64,000 nucleotides of DNA from Octopus vulgaris (lineage: Eukaryota). The notes beneath the pieces are model-generated. The model was not told where the DNA came from, did no database searches, and was given only the letters and a program-made list of their open reading frames with translations. The stretch spans positions 8,308,001 through 8,372,000 of the forward strand of contig OX597843.1 in the NCBI GenBank assembly GCA_951406725.2, given 5' to 3'. How positions within the stretch are numbered: position 1 is the first letter of the stretch; every line of letters begins with the position of its first letter. Shown here piece by piece: positions 60,925-64,000 of this stretch. The translations under genes and the position numbers were made by a program.

Positions 60925-61303
60925 AAGGATGTAAACATACCATTGAACGGAATATAATAATGGCGCCTAAGTCAAGCGTGGTGAAAAAATGCGGAGGCCA
61001 ATGGCGCATTTATAAATATATTGTGAACACCCATTGTGAGGTGAGAGTAGTTAATCACGGTGAACAACTATAAAGACTGATAAATGAACAGTGGACATCA
61101 AAGAACGTGCTACAGAGTGAACAATTCCTGTAATGAACATACAGACTTGCGTGTTAGTCACCTATGAACAATTATTCAAATATATGCATTCATAAGATAC
61201 CGGTGAACCATGGTGGACAATCCTTAATTTGAACACACTAATTCCACGTTAGTCATGGTGAACAACCATTGAAGTGGACATATTTATTGCATGTCAATCA
61301 ACA

Positions 61304-61725
61304 GGCGCAGGGGTGGCTGTGTGGTAAGTAGCTTGCTTACCAACCACATGGTTCCGGGTTCAGCCCCACTGCATGACACCTTGAGCAAGTGTCTTCTACT
61401 ATAGCCTCGGGCTGACCAATGCCTTGTGAGTGGATTTGGTAGACGGAAACTGAAAGAAGCCTGTCGTATATATGCATATATATGTATATGTATGTGTGTG
61501 TATTTGTGTGTCTGTGTTTGTCTCCCTAGCATTGCTTGACAACCGATGCTGGTGTGTTTACGTCCCCGTCACTTAGCGGTTCGGCAAAAGAGACCGATAG
61601 AATAAGTACTGGGATTCCAAAGAATAAGTCCCGGGGTCGATTTGCTCGACTAAAAAAAAGGCTGTGCTCCAGCATGGCCGCAGTCAAATGACTGAAACAA
61701 GTAAAAGAGTAAAAGAGTAAAAGAG
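61304..61725 (+). mobile_element. SINE family 1, full length
   Basis: Complete head, internal microsatellite, stem-loop and (gtaaaaga)n tail. Confidence 0.92.
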
Positions 61726-61904
61726 GTTATTACGATAAAAATCGTTATAGGCTGGCGATGAAGGATAGGAAATAATAATTTCATATTAGGCACGAGGTGA
61801 CTCTTGATTACAAGTGTAGGGCTGTGTTATGAGAGAGGATATCGACCTGACTTTGATTGGTATCGATTTCATTGATACATGCATAGATAGACTGTAGTAC
61901 CCAC

Positions 61905-61937
<33 letters not shown>

Positions 61938-62582
61938 AGCACATACACATACACAGACAGGCACACACACTCACACACACATCTATAAGCATATTTCTAC
62001 ACTGAACTTGTATACGAAATATGCATATAAATATATAATTGTGTGTGTGTTTGAATGTGAGGTGTTTTTATGTGTTTGCCTTAGGAATGCGTGTGTGACA
62101 TTCACTGCAGGTAAGCTGCATTTTGTGCGCATGCGTGTATGTAACTAAAACAAAGAAACAGAATACACAGCACATGTGAATAGATACATACGAGAAGCAC
62201 ATAGCCATATATATAAATGTATATATGTATATATATATTAAATATATATATATATGTATATATGTGTGTATGTATATATATATATATATATGCACACACA
62301 CACATATATATACACATATATATATATATATATATACATGCATACATACATACAGGTATATATATATACAGAGCACGTGTGAGTAGATACGTACGTGAAA
62401 TACAGAGCCATATATATATAAATGTATATATGTATATATATTAAATATATATACATATATATATAAATTAAATATATATATACATATATTACATACATAT
62501 ATATATACACATACATACAGGTATATATATATATGTATATATGTGTGTATGTATATGTATATATATATATGCACACACATAT

Positions 62583-62620
<38 letters not shown>

Positions 62621-62636
62621 GCATACATAATACAGG

Positions 62637-62688
<52 letters not shown>

Positions 62689-63174
62689 TGTATGTATGTA
62701 TGTATGTATGTATGTATGTATGTATGTACGTATGTAAATTGCATGTACGTATACGCATGCGTGTGTAGCTGTGTGTATGAACTTTCTTGCAAAATCGTAA
62801 TTTCGTATCGAGAGGAATAACAGCATATCTCTAGTATTTCGCATTTGGCTACTAGCCAAGTATGGTATTTGGCGATGGTAGCGGTGGTGGTGGTGGTGGT
62901 AGTAGATATTGTTGTTGTTGATGTTGTTGTAGTGGTGGTGGTATTAGTGTTATTGATTCGTGTATTTAGACATTGTTGATCTTGTGTTTTTAATCATCAT
63001 ATTCATTATTTTCATCATTATTACTATCATTATTGTTAATATTATCATCATTATTATCATTATTATTGTTATTGTTGTTGTTGTTGTCATGATCTTCATC
63101 ATCATTATCATCATCTATATCACCACCACACTCGTTCATTGCCCCTCTGGCAGATAAAATGTCTTCATCATCCC

Positions 63175-63272
<98 letters not shown>

Positions 63273-63277
63273 TTTTT

Positions 63278-63350
<73 letters not shown>

Positions 63351-63486
63351 CATTGTTATTATCATTATTATTATTAGTAGTAGTAGTTGCCTCGTCATAA
63401 TAATCATCATTATCCCCCTTATGACCTGCCCCTGGTGGCAGATAAAAAGAAATTATTTCTATATCATCATCATCATTAATTTTATT

Positions 63487-63569
<83 letters not shown>

Positions 63570-63574
63570 CATCA

Positions 63575-63628
<54 letters not shown>

Positions 63629-63751
63629 CATTATTATTATTATTATTATTATCAATGATATAAGTAATTTCATATTTATTTTTAAATATTTCATATTTTT
63701 TCGCCGTATTTTTCGTAGATATTATCTCCACCTCTCCTCTCACCCCTCCCT

Positions 63752-63786
<35 letters not shown>

Positions 63787-63894
63787 CCTCTAACTCTCTT
63801 CCGAATTCTCCCTTCCGGATAATCAGATGTTTGCCAAATAGTCATGCGAGTTCGTAAAGGTTAAATGACTAATAACAACAACAGCAACAACAAC

Positions 63895-63958
<64 letters not shown>

Positions 63959-64000
63959 TATATATATATAATATATATATATATAATAATAATAATAATA

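Overview
AT-rich, microsatellite-saturated animal genomic DNA; the repeat landscape is typical of an octopus/coleoid cephalopod (inference). Nearly all ORF-track entries are artefacts of (TA)n, (CA)n, (AAT)n and (GATA)n runs. The one real gene is an ERG/FLI1-class ETS transcription factor on the minus strand: a terminal ETS-domain exon (12216-11684) and two small upstream phase-1 exons found by reading splice sites (44777-44724 and 43705-43607). No further upstream exon, including the PNT domain, was found, so these probably lie beyond base 64000. Introns and flanks carry at least three tRNA-derived SINE families, 3' fragments of CR1-, Dong/R4-, Tx1- and RTE-type LINEs, a DD37D (maT) transposase remnant and hAT/pogo-like MITE pieces. 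The most notable observations are dispersed Penelope-type minimal hammerhead-ribozyme-like motifs, long fold-back palindromes, a ~97-bp hairpin-forming minisatellite array, SINE/LINE 3' stem-loop covariation, a multimeric SINE, inverted SINEs bracketing the two small exons, and apparent absence of the conserved DPYQ..GPTSSRL exon. All analysis was by eye; no searches or folding programs were run.
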